64,000 nucleotides of DNA from an uncultured delta proteobacterium (GCA_963695895.1 CAVOIK010000022.1:70485-134484); one strand, 5' to 3'. Counted from the first letter of the stretch, positions 30,023 through 39,955 are shown. Numbers and translations: made by a program. Notes: generated by a model not told the origin, from the letters alone.

Positions 30023-31064
30023 TCAGGGCCTTTCCTTTTGCTGAAATTCGAGGCGGACGTAGGGGGAGGCCATGAGACGCATGAGCGAGTAGTAACCGAG
30101 CTGAAAGGCAAGGGTGTCGCCGACACGCGGTTTTGGGTCCATGTTCGTCACATCGACAAGGGTGTGATCACTTGAGGCCCGAACAATTGTGACCCCAGGG
30201 GATACAGGAAAGAGGAACTCCTGAGCCGTATCAAGCTGACCGAGGGAGAGCATGCCGAGCAGCCTGTCCCGCTTCTTAAGCTCGATCAGCTCAGCCTTAA
30301 GAACGAACGTGTCGTGGTGGAATCCTTGGATACGGCGCGGTCCGATCGATGAGGAAATACCCAGAAGAATCGCCGTGCCGATTCTAAGCTGATTCACACC
30401 TTGAATAGACTTATTTTCAAGGGTGAAATTACCAAAGACGTTGGTGGATCCTCCGGAAATGACCGGAAGGCGAAGGCCACATTCTTCCTCTATTTTTTTG
30501 ACCAAAGCGACAAGGCGTTGGAGAGATGTGAGCCTGAAATTCTCTTTCGCTATTGTACGCGAAATACGCACCGAGCCCCTGTAACGTCAACTCCTTCATT
30601 CCTGAAACTTCGCGGCACACCCCTGGCACATCCTCCGGTTGGAACCCTTCGCGCCCCGTATCGAGATCGACCATCAGGATGACAGAATGATGTTTGCGGG
30701 TCCTCGAGGCTTCGGTTGACAGAGCCCGAAGAACATCGAGATCTACATTCAAGCTCGTGTCTGCTCGGGCAATACACTCGCCCACTTCACTTAAGGCAGG
30801 CGACCGAAGAAGGACCATAGGCACTTCAATGCCTGCCTTCTGCATTCGGGCAATGTTCTCGAGCCTGGAGTCCCCAAGCATCTTGATACCCCCTGCGATC
30901 ATCGCCCGTGCCACTTCTGGTGTACCGCACACCCCCTTGGTCACACCGACAACCTCGATACCCAGGGGACGGCAGACGGAAAGAGTCCTACGGGCATTGT
31001 CTGTAATCTTCGCAAGGTCTATGGTGAGGTGGAGTGTGGCCATAAGAGATATTCCTCGCTTCAA
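30023..31064 (-). CDS. alanine-racemase-fold PLP enzyme (ornithine/amino-acid racemase-like, YhfX-type); one frameshift
   Basis: ORFs 30429..31064 and 30023..30571 are parts of one gene. 'GIEVVGVTKGVCG' carries the candidate PLP lysine, and 'ISGGSTN' is also present. The frame changes within about 30545-30570. Confidence 0.6.
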
Positions 31065-31100
31065 GAGGAGCTGTCATATTTGCTCAGTCGAGCCGTGACC

Positions 31101-31206
31101 GGCAGGTGCCCCGCAAGCCCCACCCTTCAGGGTGGGGTCAAGGGGCGCCCTACCAAATAAAAATACCTTTCCGGGAAGCCCAGCCCTTTAGGGCGGGGAG
31201 CTTCAC
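31101..31206 (+). repeat. composite REP/MITE-like element (~105 nt, two hairpins)
   Basis: 'ggcaGGTGCCCCgcaagCCCCACCCttcaGGGTGGGGtcaAGGGGCgcc..A-rich..acctttCCGGGAAGCccaGCCCtttaGGGCGGGGAGCTTCAC'. It has the same layout as 35991-36113. Confidence 0.8.
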
Positions 31207-31287
31207 AAATAGGATATGCGTTCTGTAGACAGGTCCCATGAGCAGATGGTGAGCGAGGTAGGTCGCAGAGTTCAAATCCCTGTAAGG

Positions 31288-32016
31288 CTAATGCGTCAAG
31301 ATTTTGCTCAAAAAGTATTTGGTTCGTTCGTTCTTCGGGTTCCTGAAAAACTCAGCGGGGGACGCGCTCTCGATCAGCCGGCCTTCATCCATGAAGATGA
31401 TGCGATGCGCCACTTCCTTTGCGAACCCCATCTCATGCGTGACGACGATCATGGTCATCCCCTCATGGGCCAGGTTGCGCATGACATCCAGAACCTCATT
31501 AATCATTTCGGGGTCGAGGGCGGAGGTGGGCTCGTCGAAGAGCATGATCTTCGGCCGCATGGCCAACCCTCGGGCAATGGCAACGCGCTGCTGCTGCCCG
31601 CCAGAGAGCTGGGCCGGGTAGGAATCGGCTTTCTCAGGGATGCCAACCTTTTTCAGGATCTCTCGTCCCAAATCTTCCGCTTCCCCCCGCTTCATTTTCC
31701 TCACCTGGATCGGAGCAAGCGTCACATTCTCTAAGGCGGTCATATGGGGATAAAGATTGAATTGTTGGAAGACAAAACCGATTTCTGCCCGAAGGCGGGT
31801 GAGGTTGGTCCGACTATCCTTCAGGGACATATTATCGACAACAATTTCTCCTTCCTGAATAGGTTCAAGCCTGTTGATACACCGTATCAAGGTGCTTTTC
31901 CCCGAGCCGCTGGGACCACAGATCACCACCACCTCGCCAGATTCTATATGGAGATCAATATCCTTGAGAACATGGAGCTTGTCGAACCATTTGTTTACTT
32001 TCTTGAAAGTGATCAT
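31288..32016 (-). CDS. amino-acid ABC transporter ATP-binding protein (GlnQ-like)
   Basis: Walker A 'GPSGSGKST', signature '[15 protein letters not shown]' and Walker B '[12 protein letters not shown]'. Confidence 0.9.
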   Translation of the reverse strand: MITFKKVNKWFDKLHVLKDIDLHIESGEVVVICGPSGSGKSTLIRCINRLEPIQEGEIVVDNMSLKDSRTNLTRLRAEIGFVFQQFNLYPHMTALENVTLAPIQVRKMKRGEAEDLGREILKKVGIPEKADSYPAQLSGGQQQRVAIARGLAMRPKIMLFDEPTSALDPEMINEVLDVMRNLAHEGMTMIVVTHEMGFAKEVAHRIIFMDEGRLIESASPAEFFRNPKNERTKYFLSKILTH

Positions 32017-32162
32017 TGCCTCGCTCTCCTTTGGAGACCGTCCTATCTTAACAAGTTAGGAAAATATGTCAAGAAATCTTCCGAAATCCCTGATCCTCAA
32101 TCCCCGGTGCCCGTATCTCAATACATTTGCCTTAGGGACTGACGGCGGGTTACCATGAACAT

Positions 32163-33221
32163 GTGGATAGTCTCACCCATACGCTCACAGGGGCAGTCAT
32201 TGGCAAGGCGATAGAGGACGAGGAGGTTAAGCCCTGGGGAACGGTAGCGGGCCTGGTGGCGGGGTTCTTTCCCGACATGGACTTTGTCCTCGGTCTAATT
32301 AACCGTCAATTCTATCTCCAGTACCATCGGGACTTCACCCATTCTTTCCTCCTTCTCCCATTTTATGCGCTCCTTCTCAGTTGGCTTTTTACTAAAATCA
32401 CAAGGCGGCCTCATCTCTGGAGTTATTACAAAATCTGTCTTCTGGTCCTCATCAGCCATGTGCTTCTCGACCTCTTCACCTCTTATGGAACGATGGTCTT
32501 TGCCCCATTCTCCGATCATCGATACGCCTGGGACCTTACCTTTATTGTTGATCTGATCTTCTCGGGAATCCTCTTCATCCCTTGGATTGTTAGCCTGTTG
32601 TGGAGAAAGAGGGCTGCTTGGATTTGCCGAGGATCTTTGATGCTCCTGACCGTCTATATTCTCTTCTGTGCGGTTCAACACCACCGAGCCATGAGCACGA
32701 CCAGACAGTTCGCTGCGAATCTGAACGAGGAGGTTATAAAAATAGCGTCCCTGCCTCAACCCCTCTCTCCGTTTCGGTGGTCCAACTACGTCGAGACTCA
32801 AGAAAACGTCTATCAGGGATTCGTCGATCTCCTCGCCAAAGGATCCTCTGCGCAGAAAAATCCGGGCACAGAGGCTGACTTTGATGGTTCAGGCTTTTTT
32901 GGAAGATTCAGGAGATGGAAACTGATGGAGGGACGCTACCATTCGGCCTCGAGTATTCGTTACTCCTCGTATCAAAAGAATGACGGCTCTCCCTGGGTGA
33001 AGAAAGCTATGGCCACGGAGGGAGCTAAGTTTTACTACTGGTTTGCGCGATTTCCTGTAGCCAAATTGGTGAACTCGAGCAATGGAACCCACCGCATTGA
33101 ATTCACGGATGTGAGATTCTTCCTTCCCGGAATTCGGATGCCTTTCTCGTATTACATCGAGCTGGATGATGCTGGCAATGTCAGCTCAGAAGGGTTTGTG
33201 CAGAATGGGAAAAGGAGCTGA
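32163..33221 (+). CDS. membrane-bound metal-dependent hydrolase (YdjM/YbcI, DUF457-like) with a C-terminal extension
   Basis: GTG start, N-terminus 'MDSLTHTLTGAVIGKA', about 5 TM segments with conserved His residues ('FTHSFLL', 'SHVLLDLFTSYG'), then a ~170-aa soluble tail. Confidence 0.6.
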   Translation: MDSLTHTLTGAVIGKAIEDEEVKPWGTVAGLVAGFFPDMDFVLGLINRQFYLQYHRDFTHSFLLLPFYALLLSWLFTKITRRPHLWSYYKICLLVLISHVLLDLFTSYGTMVFAPFSDHRYAWDLTFIVDLIFSGILFIPWIVSLLWRKRAAWICRGSLMLLTVYILFCAVQHHRAMSTTRQFAANLNEEVIKIASLPQPLSPFRWSNYVETQENVYQGFVDLLAKGSSAQKNPGTEADFDGSGFFGRFRRWKLMEGRYHSASSIRYSSYQKNDGSPWVKKAMATEGAKFYYWFARFPVAKLVNSSNGTHRIEFTDVRFFLPGIRMPFSYYIELDDAGNVSSEGFVQNGKRS

Positions 33222-33252
33222 GATGACCTCCAGCCCCTCTGACACAGTTTGA

Positions 33253-35961
33253 TTACGGTGATGGCTGGATCGTAAAGGGTAAGTCGCTCGCATCATTGCC
33301 GATAGCATTCCCCCGATCGTCCAATAGGGTGACTTTCACCTTACATTTTTTCTGCTCTTTTGAAGCCGACGGAACAGTCCAATCGCGTGTTCCCGGGTTT
33401 GTGTCAAGGGTCTCAATGGAAATCCAGGTCGTTCCATCTTTTGTATAAGATAACTTCACTTTGCTCACAGACCTGATAGTATCATAGGTAACCCAGGTGA
33501 TGGTCTCCGTCGCTCCCGGAGTAAGGGTTTCTCCTCCGTTGGGATAGGTCAACTTCACCACCTCAATCCTAAAGGGATCATCCGACGTATCAGCGCCAAC
33601 CTGCCCTCCTGATAAATCGTAGAGGATCACCTTGACCAAGCACGACTTCTTGTTTCCGTTGGGCGCAGGGACGGTCCAGTCATGCGTCCCGGGATTGCCA
33701 TCCATGGGTTCAATGAGAGTCCAGGAAGACCCTCCATCCTTGCTATAGAACAATTTTACCTCTCGCTACATCCCTGACAGTCGCTTGGGTTGTCCAGGTA
33801 ATGGTTTGGGTTGTGCCCGCCTCCCAGACCTCGCCCCCGTTGGGCGACGTCAACCGGGTGACCTCTATCGTAAAGGCACTGTCTGATTTATCCATTCCCC
33901 TCCTTTTCCCTTCACTGTCAACCCCTTTTACCCGAATGAGGCAGTTTCTCAGGTTCTTCGTCGGCTTGGGCACGGTCCAGTTATGGGTGGTCTCGGTCAA
34001 CTCTTTCGCGATCAACTTCCATGTACTTCCTCCATCAGTAGAATACTCGACCGTATACGTAAGGTCAGAGGCCAGATCTCCGATCGCCTCCCATTCGATC
34101 GTATGGGTCGATCCAGAAGGAATGATCTCGTCCTCCATTGGGTGACAGAACATTCAAGTCGACCGTGTAAGACATCACCTCGTTTGAAAACGCTGAACCG
34201 CCCGCACCATTATAAGCCCAAACGGCATAATAGTAGATCGTATTTGCCGTAACCTCCGTATCAAGATAACTCGTCACGTCGGTCCCCACCGTGGCGATCG
34301 TTTCATACGTGCCCCGGACACCCGCCTTCCTCTTTATCTTGAATCCCGTCTCGTTATCGGATCGGTCCTGCCAAGAGAGGGAAATCTTACTCTCGTTCTT
34401 GACGGTCGCTGCAAGACCGGTGGGCCCATCAGGGAACAACCGCTTTGTTCGGAACTTTTGGATCCGATTGTTATTTGTATCGGTGACAAAGGCGTTTCCA
34501 GATGCATTCACGGCGACGCCCGAAGGAGAATCAAATTGGCCATCTCCCGTCCCGGCAGCTCCCCAATGTGTGATATACTTGCCTCCTCCGTCAAACACCT
34601 GAACGCGCTCATTTCCCTGATCCACCACATAGACGTACCCGGAGGAATCCGTGCTAACCCCAACGGGAAAACTGAACTGTCCTGTCTCCGTGCCCGAGGA
34701 ACCCCACGTGAGGAGGAAATTGCCGTCTTCGTCGAATTTCTGGATCCGATGATTGTCTCTGTCCGCCACATACACATGGCCCCCACCAATCAAGAGCGAT
34801 GCCTGATGGGGAGTTAAACTCTCCGTCGTGGGAACCGGAAGAGCCCCAGGCGGACACAAAGGTAACCGAGGTTTTTGTGACACGAAATGTTTGGATCCTT
34901 TGATTCCCTTGATCCACCACGTAAACATGGCCTGACGAGTTTACGGCGACAGCGACAGGTAAGTTAAACTGTCCTTCGGCAATACCATAGTAACCCCAAG
35001 CAATCACAAAATTGCCAAGGCTATCGAATTTCTGGATCCGATGATTTCTTTGGTCTGCAACGTAGATGTTTCCAGAGGAGTCAATGGCGACCCCGGCAGG
35101 TCTGTTGAATTGCCCGCTCAATTCCCCCAAATACCCAAGCTTACCAAGATACTCACCCCGACCGCTGAATTCCTGGATTCGATGGTTTTCCTCGTCAGCA
35201 ACAAACACGTTACCAGAACTATCCACAGCAATCCCCGTGGGGAAATTGAACTGCCCGTTTCCAAACCCACCAGTACCCCACTTGTCCTTAAAACGGTAGT
35301 TGTAATCACTCACCCTGTTTCTTCGGATGGGTGTGTAGGTTTCTAATTGTGCCCAAGTCCACTCACGGTATCTTGCCTTAGGGGATGTTTGTTCCATCGC
35401 CAGAATCCCACTCCCATCGGAAAGGTAGCTGTGGAATAGTAGGATATGATCCGTCCTGACAAAGGCATCACCCGGCAAGAGGCCGCTCGCGTCGCTTCCC
35501 GCCTCACCGAGGCTATGGACATAATCATCGGAGGACGGAACATAATGCGTCCCGCAACTGACGTTCGTGCTATTGCGGGCATCGCAGAGGAAATCCTCGG
35601 CTGTAAATCGCTTGGGTAATTTCCAGCTGATGCTGACGAACCCTCCGCTGTCATTCCCATATTCTGTGGTTCCGCCTGAGGTTTCATTCATGGCCTCATA
35701 GAACTCACCCCAATTCCTCTGCGGAGTTCCTTCACAGTAAGCGATCCCGTGATAGACCTCATCGGAGGAAAAACTATGCCCACAGTTCGTGATGCTGTTC
35801 ATAGGGCTCCACGAGAAATCGATCATCTCATCTGCAATTCTCACGATCGTTTCCCCGCTCATCGCATCCCACGTATCTCCAGTCCACGACCAACCAGCGG
35901 AAGGTGCCAAAAAGATCCCGATGCAGTGCAGAACAATCACGAAGGCTACAATCTTCTTCAT
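33253..35961 (-). pseudogene. large secreted NHL-repeat / FN3 / triple beta-sandwich-repeat protein; three apparent frameshifts (may be sequencing errors)
   Basis: ORFs 34654..36048, 34065..34928, 33743..34153 and 33253..33753 are colinear pieces of one gene. ATG 35961 ('MKKIVAFVIVLHCIGIFLAPSAGW') follows RBS aaggag. There are at least 8 NHL blades ('GQFNxPxGIAVDSSGNVYVAD..NHRIQKF'), an FN3-like segment ('PTGLAATVKNESKISLSWQD...YYYAVWAYN') and three ~85-aa modules ('SPNGGE.W..G....I.W...DGG..W..I...W.VP'). The frame breaks lie near 34781-34792, 34120-34130 and 33757-33765. Confidence 0.75.
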
Positions 35962-35990
35962 GGGGTGCTCCTTTTCTTTATCTCCTGGCC

Positions 35991-36113
35991 GGCAAGTGCC
36001 CCGAAAGATCCACCCTTTAGGGTGGGGTTGAGGGGCACAATATAACACAATATAAAAGATAAAAGGAAATTACCTTCCCGGGAAGCGCCGCCCTTCAGGG
36101 CGGGGAGCTTTAC
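35991..36113 (+). repeat. composite REP/MITE-like element (~120 nt, two hairpins)
   Basis: 'ggcaAGTGCCCCgaaagatCCACCCtttaGGGTGGggttgaGGGGCAC..AT-rich..accttCCCGGGAAGCgccGCCCttcaGGGCGGGGAGCTTTAC'. It lies upstream of the NHL gene start. Confidence 0.8.
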
Positions 36114-36447
36114 TCAGACATTCGATATCGCCTTTATCTTCAAACCGAGAATTCTCATTCTATTCAACACGCAGTTCCCTGAGATGTCAAGCGTTTTTTG
36201 CAGGGTCAACCCGTGTCAATTGCGGATTGATGCGATGAAAATGTGACAAAGAGTAATCAAGCTTTGCGAAAATTTCAAAGGCTGTCGCTGTCGACCTTCT
36301 GTGAAGAGGGAAACGCCGAGAGAACGGCAGACCGGGTGCCGGTAGTCAATTTATACTTGAAGGAAGGACAAAAAGCCAACAAAGCTTCCTTTTCAGAAGC
36401 ATGAAAGCACGTCGATACCTGGGTTGGAAAAATCGAAGCATATCATC

Positions 36448-37311
36448 CTAACCTTTTTTCACTTTTTCCAGAATTTTGGCCATCGTGGGGCCTGCCGAGC
36501 CGTGGATGACCACATCGGCCATGTCATCGTAGGGGGTAGGATCACGGTTGATGATGACGAGTTTGGCTCCGCTTCGTTTGGCAATGCGGGGCATCGAGGC
36601 TGCAGGTTCAACGACAAGGGATGAACCGATGACGATGAAGAGGTCGGAGCGTGATGAGCGATTATAGGCTTCCTCGGTTTCCCTCACGGGCATGGCTTGG
36701 CCAAAGGAGATCGTGGCAGGTTTCAGAAGTCCCCTGCAAGCATCACAACGGGGAGCCTTCCGGGTTTTCCGGAGCTGTTCCTGGATCTCGTCACGATCAT
36801 ACCGTTTTCCACAACTCAGACAGGTCACATACGTTGCATTCCCGTGAAGCTCGATCACCCTCTCTTCGGAATTGCCAGCCTTGAAATGGAGGGCATCGAC
36901 GTTTTGCGTAATGACGCAATCGAGTTTGCCCAACTTTTCCATCTCGACAATGGCCAGATGGGCGGGATTAGGCTGAGCCTTTCTGATAGGCTCATACATC
37001 TCGGTTGACATCTGCCAGTATTTGATGCGGGACGTCTCACTGGAGATAAAATTTTGGTAATAGAAGTCTTCAGGATCGTAACGATCCCACACACCCCCTG
37101 GACTGCGGAAGTCGGGAATCCCTGATTCTGTGCTTAGGCCTGCTCCTGCGAAAACCACGGTTCTTTGGGAATCGATAATCCATTGAGCTACCTTTTCAGT
37201 TTCGTCTGTTTCATTGAACCCCCATAGCAAAGAAGAGCATAGCGCTCCTGCTCGTCCCGATGCGGGACTACGGACAACACTGAGCGTATAGCGTAAAAGG
37301 CATAGGATCAT
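36448..37311 (-). CDS. cobB: NAD-dependent protein deacylase (Sir2/CobB family)
   Basis: 'VVFAGAGLSTESGIPDFRS', 'ITQNVDALH', Zn-ribbon 'CLSCGKRY...PRCDAC' and 'VIGSSLVVEPAA'. The N-terminal ~45 aa of the ORF may be upstream of the true start. Confidence 0.8.
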   Translation of the reverse strand: MILCLLRYTLSVVRSPASGRAGALCSSLLWGFNETDETEKVAQWIIDSQRTVVFAGAGLSTESGIPDFRSPGGVWDRYDPEDFYYQNFISSETSRIKYWQMSTEMYEPIRKAQPNPAHLAIVEMEKLGKLDCVITQNVDALHFKAGNSEERVIELHGNATYVTCLSCGKRYDRDEIQEQLRKTRKAPRCDACRGLLKPATISFGQAMPVRETEEAYNRSSRSDLFIVIGSSLVVEPAASMPRIAKRSGAKLVIINRDPTPYDDMADVVIHGSAGPTMAKILEKVKKG

Positions 37312-37465
37312 ACACCATCAGCAGCATAGGGTTGAAACACACTCCTTCTGGGTGAGAATCAGCACCTCGTGAAGCAATACTGCCCTCCCATATTGACTCT
37401 TTGCCTGTATACCACAGGGCTTATTCTCTTGCAAGGGAGAGAGAGCCTGTGATAAAATGTTTTAA

Positions 37466-38494
37466 ATGAAGTGCAATTTGATTCAGCAGGGTTATCCGCA
37501 GGGGAGTTGCCTCGTCCAGGTCGATCAGGGGAAAGCCCTGGCATGCGAAGCAACCATCAAACAGACCGACAACGGGGTTCTGCGACGCATCTCTGCGGTT
37601 CACCTCTCCCGTCCAGAAAATTATCTCTCCATTTACCAGTCGGGCTGTAACTTCTCGTGTCGAAAATGTCATTCTTGGAATTTTTCCAAAGTCGCAACGG
37701 GAAATTGGTGGTCGCCGCCGATGTGCTTGAAGGCCTGCAAAGAATACGAGAGGGAGGTGACTTTGCGTGAGCCACGACAGACGGGCCACAGCGTTTCATG
37801 CCCACGAATGCCTGCCGATGCTGCGGGGCTTGCGTGATGCATGGGAAGCGCTCTCCCCTCTGCCCCAAGGTGATCCGGAAAAAAGAGATTCTCCTCAGCC
37901 CTCAGGGATGGGGTCCGGCCCGCAATATCGTGGCTTTCACGGGAGGAGATCTCACCTGTTGCCCGGAGTTTTACGTTGAATGCGCCCGTCTCATTAAGGC
38001 GGAGACGAACCTCTGGGTGCTGATCGAAACGAATGGCTACGGTCTCACACCTCAGAACCTCGACGCGTTGAAGGAAGCAGGGGTGGATTCCTTCTGGCTC
38101 GACATCAAGGCCTTCGATGAAGGAGACCACAAGTGGTTGACGGGATGCTTCAATCGAAACATCCTCAGACTTCCTGAAATCATCCTGAAGAAGGGGTTCG
38201 TTCTCGAGGTTCTTTCTCTTTATATCCCAGGGCTGGTGGAGATTCCCCAGCTCAAGAAGATTGCTCAGCTCCTTTTTGACGTGAATCCCGATCCCTTTCA
38301 CGATTCTGGGCTTCTTCCCTGAATACCAGATGAAGCGATACAAGAGTCCGAAAGTCTCACAGATGGTGGATGCCTTCATGGAAGTCAAGGCCGTCGGGCT
38401 AAGAAATGTGAGGCTTGGCAATACAGGTATCTTTGTTTCGACCGAGCAAGATCATCATCTGCTGAAGGAGAAAGTGGGAGCAGGAAATTATTAG
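37466..38494 (+). pseudogene. radical SAM protein (PflA/PflX-like activase family) with a Cys-rich insert; at least 3 apparent frameshifts
   Basis: The cluster 'SGCNFSCRKCHSW' lies in ORF 37466. The reading continues through frames 37767 ('DRRATAFHAHEC') and 37798 ('CRCCGACVMHG...AFTGGDLTCCPEFY...ETNGYG'). After about 38290-38300 it moves to a third frame ('PFTILGFFPEYQMKRYKSP...GNTGIF') ending at TAG 38492-38494. Confidence 0.6.
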
Positions 38495-38520
38495 TCGTGA
38501 TGGGGTCCTTCACAAGGGGA

Positions 38521-38555
38521 CCCGCCACTGGATCACTGCGGGCGGGGAGCTTCGC
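38521..38555 (+). repeat. REP-like hairpin element
   Basis: 'CCCGCCactggatcactgcGGGCGGGGAGCTTCGC'. It ends 41 nt before ATG 38597. Confidence 0.75.
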
Positions 38556-38596
38556 TTTCTGGTCTGAAATCTATCTTGGTCAAGAGGGGGGTCTTC

Positions 38597-39925
38597 ATGG
38601 AAAAGAAAATCCTCATTGTGGATGATGAGGAGAGGGTGGTTGAATCGATCGCAGGGGTCCTGGAGGATGAAGGATTCCGGGTTGCCAGGGCGAGGAGCGG
38701 AGAAGAGGCTGTTGACGTCTTCGATCGGGAAAAACCGGATGTCACGCTCCTGGATATCTGGATGCCAGGCATGGATGGCATGGAGGTATTGAAGCGCTTA
38801 AAACGGATGGCCCCCGAATCCCAAGTGATTATGGTTTCGGGCCATGCGACCATTTCAACCGCCATGACCGCTGTGAAACTGGGGGCCTTCGATTTTCTCG
38901 AGAAGCCTCTCTCCATCGATGTGCTGCTCATGACCATCCATCGAGCCCTTGAACATCAGAAGGAATGGCTTACATCGAGACCCTCGGAAGAGGTGACTTC
39001 GCAAAGCGCGTTGCCTCTCAGCTTTCCGTCATCCACTTCCCAGGAGAGTGCTCGCCCTGCTCCGAAGGTTTCACCGAGACGGGGAAGTTCCCTCTTGCCT
39101 CAGCGAACTGTCAAGCGGAGCGTCGTTGTATACGGAACGGGACTCCATTCCGGGATGAAAACAGGGCTCCTTCTCCAGCCCCTTCCCCCCAATAGTGGCG
39201 TCCTTTTTGGAAATATCTCGTCCGATGAAGTGGTCCCTGCCCATCTCGACTATGTTCAGACGACCGAGTATGCCACGGCACTCAAGAAGGGTCAAGCCGT
39301 AGCCAAGACCGTGGAGCACTTCATGGCGGTCCTTCATGCCTATCGCATTACGAACCTGATGATTAAGATGATCGAAGAGATTCCGATCATGGACGGTTCG
39401 GCGTTGGAATTCTGTAAGATGATTGAGGAAGCAGGCATCGAAGAGCAGGAAGAGCGAGTCGATGAACTGGTGATCAAACGGAGATTCGAAATTGTTCGGC
39501 GGGATAAGACGTTGACCATCGAACCTTCGGATGGGTTTTCTGTCCACTATGAACTGGATTACCCCTCTCCCATTGGACGACAATCCTTCGATTTTGTCCT
39601 GGACAATGAAGAGACCTTTAAGAATCAGATTGCCCCCGCACGGACCTTCGGTTTTTTGAAAGATATAGAAATGCTGGAACGAATGGGGTTAGGCAGCGGA
39701 GGAAGGATTCACAATTTCATCCTGGTCGATGACGAGCGAGTCGTCAACACGGAACTGCGATTTCCAGACGAGTTTGCCCGCCACAAGGTTCTCGATCTCA
39801 TCGGAGATCTCTACCTTCTCAATCGTCCGATCCGGGGGAAGGTGACCGCTCACCTGACTGGGCACACGGAAAATATTGATCTTCTCAAAAAGATTCAGGA
39901 AGAGATACGGGATGGAGATCGCTGA
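38597..39925 (+). CDS. response-regulator receiver domain fused to a full-length LpxC (UDP-3-O-acyl-GlcNAc deacetylase) domain
   Basis: REC domain: 'KILIVDDE', 'DVTLLDIWMPGMDG', 'IMVSGH', 'DFLEKP', so the acid pocket, phospho-Asp, Ser/Thr and Lys are all present. A ~55-aa Ser/Pro-rich linker follows. LpxC domain: 'QRTVKRSVVVYGTGLHSG', 'TVEHFMAVL' (the E78/H79 equivalents), 'IPIMDGSA', 'ARTFGF', 'DEFARHKVLDLIGDL' (H238/D242) and 'LTGHTEN' (H265). Confidence 0.85.
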   Translation: MEKKILIVDDEERVVESIAGVLEDEGFRVARARSGEEAVDVFDREKPDVTLLDIWMPGMDGMEVLKRLKRMAPESQVIMVSGHATISTAMTAVKLGAFDFLEKPLSIDVLLMTIHRALEHQKEWLTSRPSEEVTSQSALPLSFPSSTSQESARPAPKVSPRRGSSLLPQRTVKRSVVVYGTGLHSGMKTGLLLQPLPPNSGVLFGNISSDEVVPAHLDYVQTTEYATALKKGQAVAKTVEHFMAVLHAYRITNLMIKMIEEIPIMDGSALEFCKMIEEAGIEEQEERVDELVIKRRFEIVRRDKTLTIEPSDGFSVHYELDYPSPIGRQSFDFVLDNEETFKNQIAPARTFGFLKDIEMLERMGLGSGGRIHNFILVDDERVVNTELRFPDEFARHKVLDLIGDLYLLNRPIRGKVTAHLTGHTENIDLLKKIQEEIRDGDR

Positions 39926-39955
39926 GAATCTCGGGCTCACTCCAGGGAGGGACCT

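Noticed and set aside
29940-32060. A site-specific inversion explaining why the ABC ATPase and the racemase-like gene are on the opposite strand from the permease genes.
   Set aside because: I found no inverted repeats at the two boundaries (29930-29990 versus 32020-32160) and no recombinase gene. The convergent arrangement alone is not evidence of an invertible segment.
36448-37311. The Sir2-domain protein as a possible anti-phage defence component (Thoeris, DSR or SIR2-HerA-like).
   Set aside because: It has a canonical sirtuin layout with a Zn-ribbon (CxxC...CxxC) and a length of ~250 aa, like CobB. It has no fused or adjacent effector or sensor genes (TIR, HerA, pAgo, helicase), and its neighbours are a radical-SAM activase and an NHL protein.
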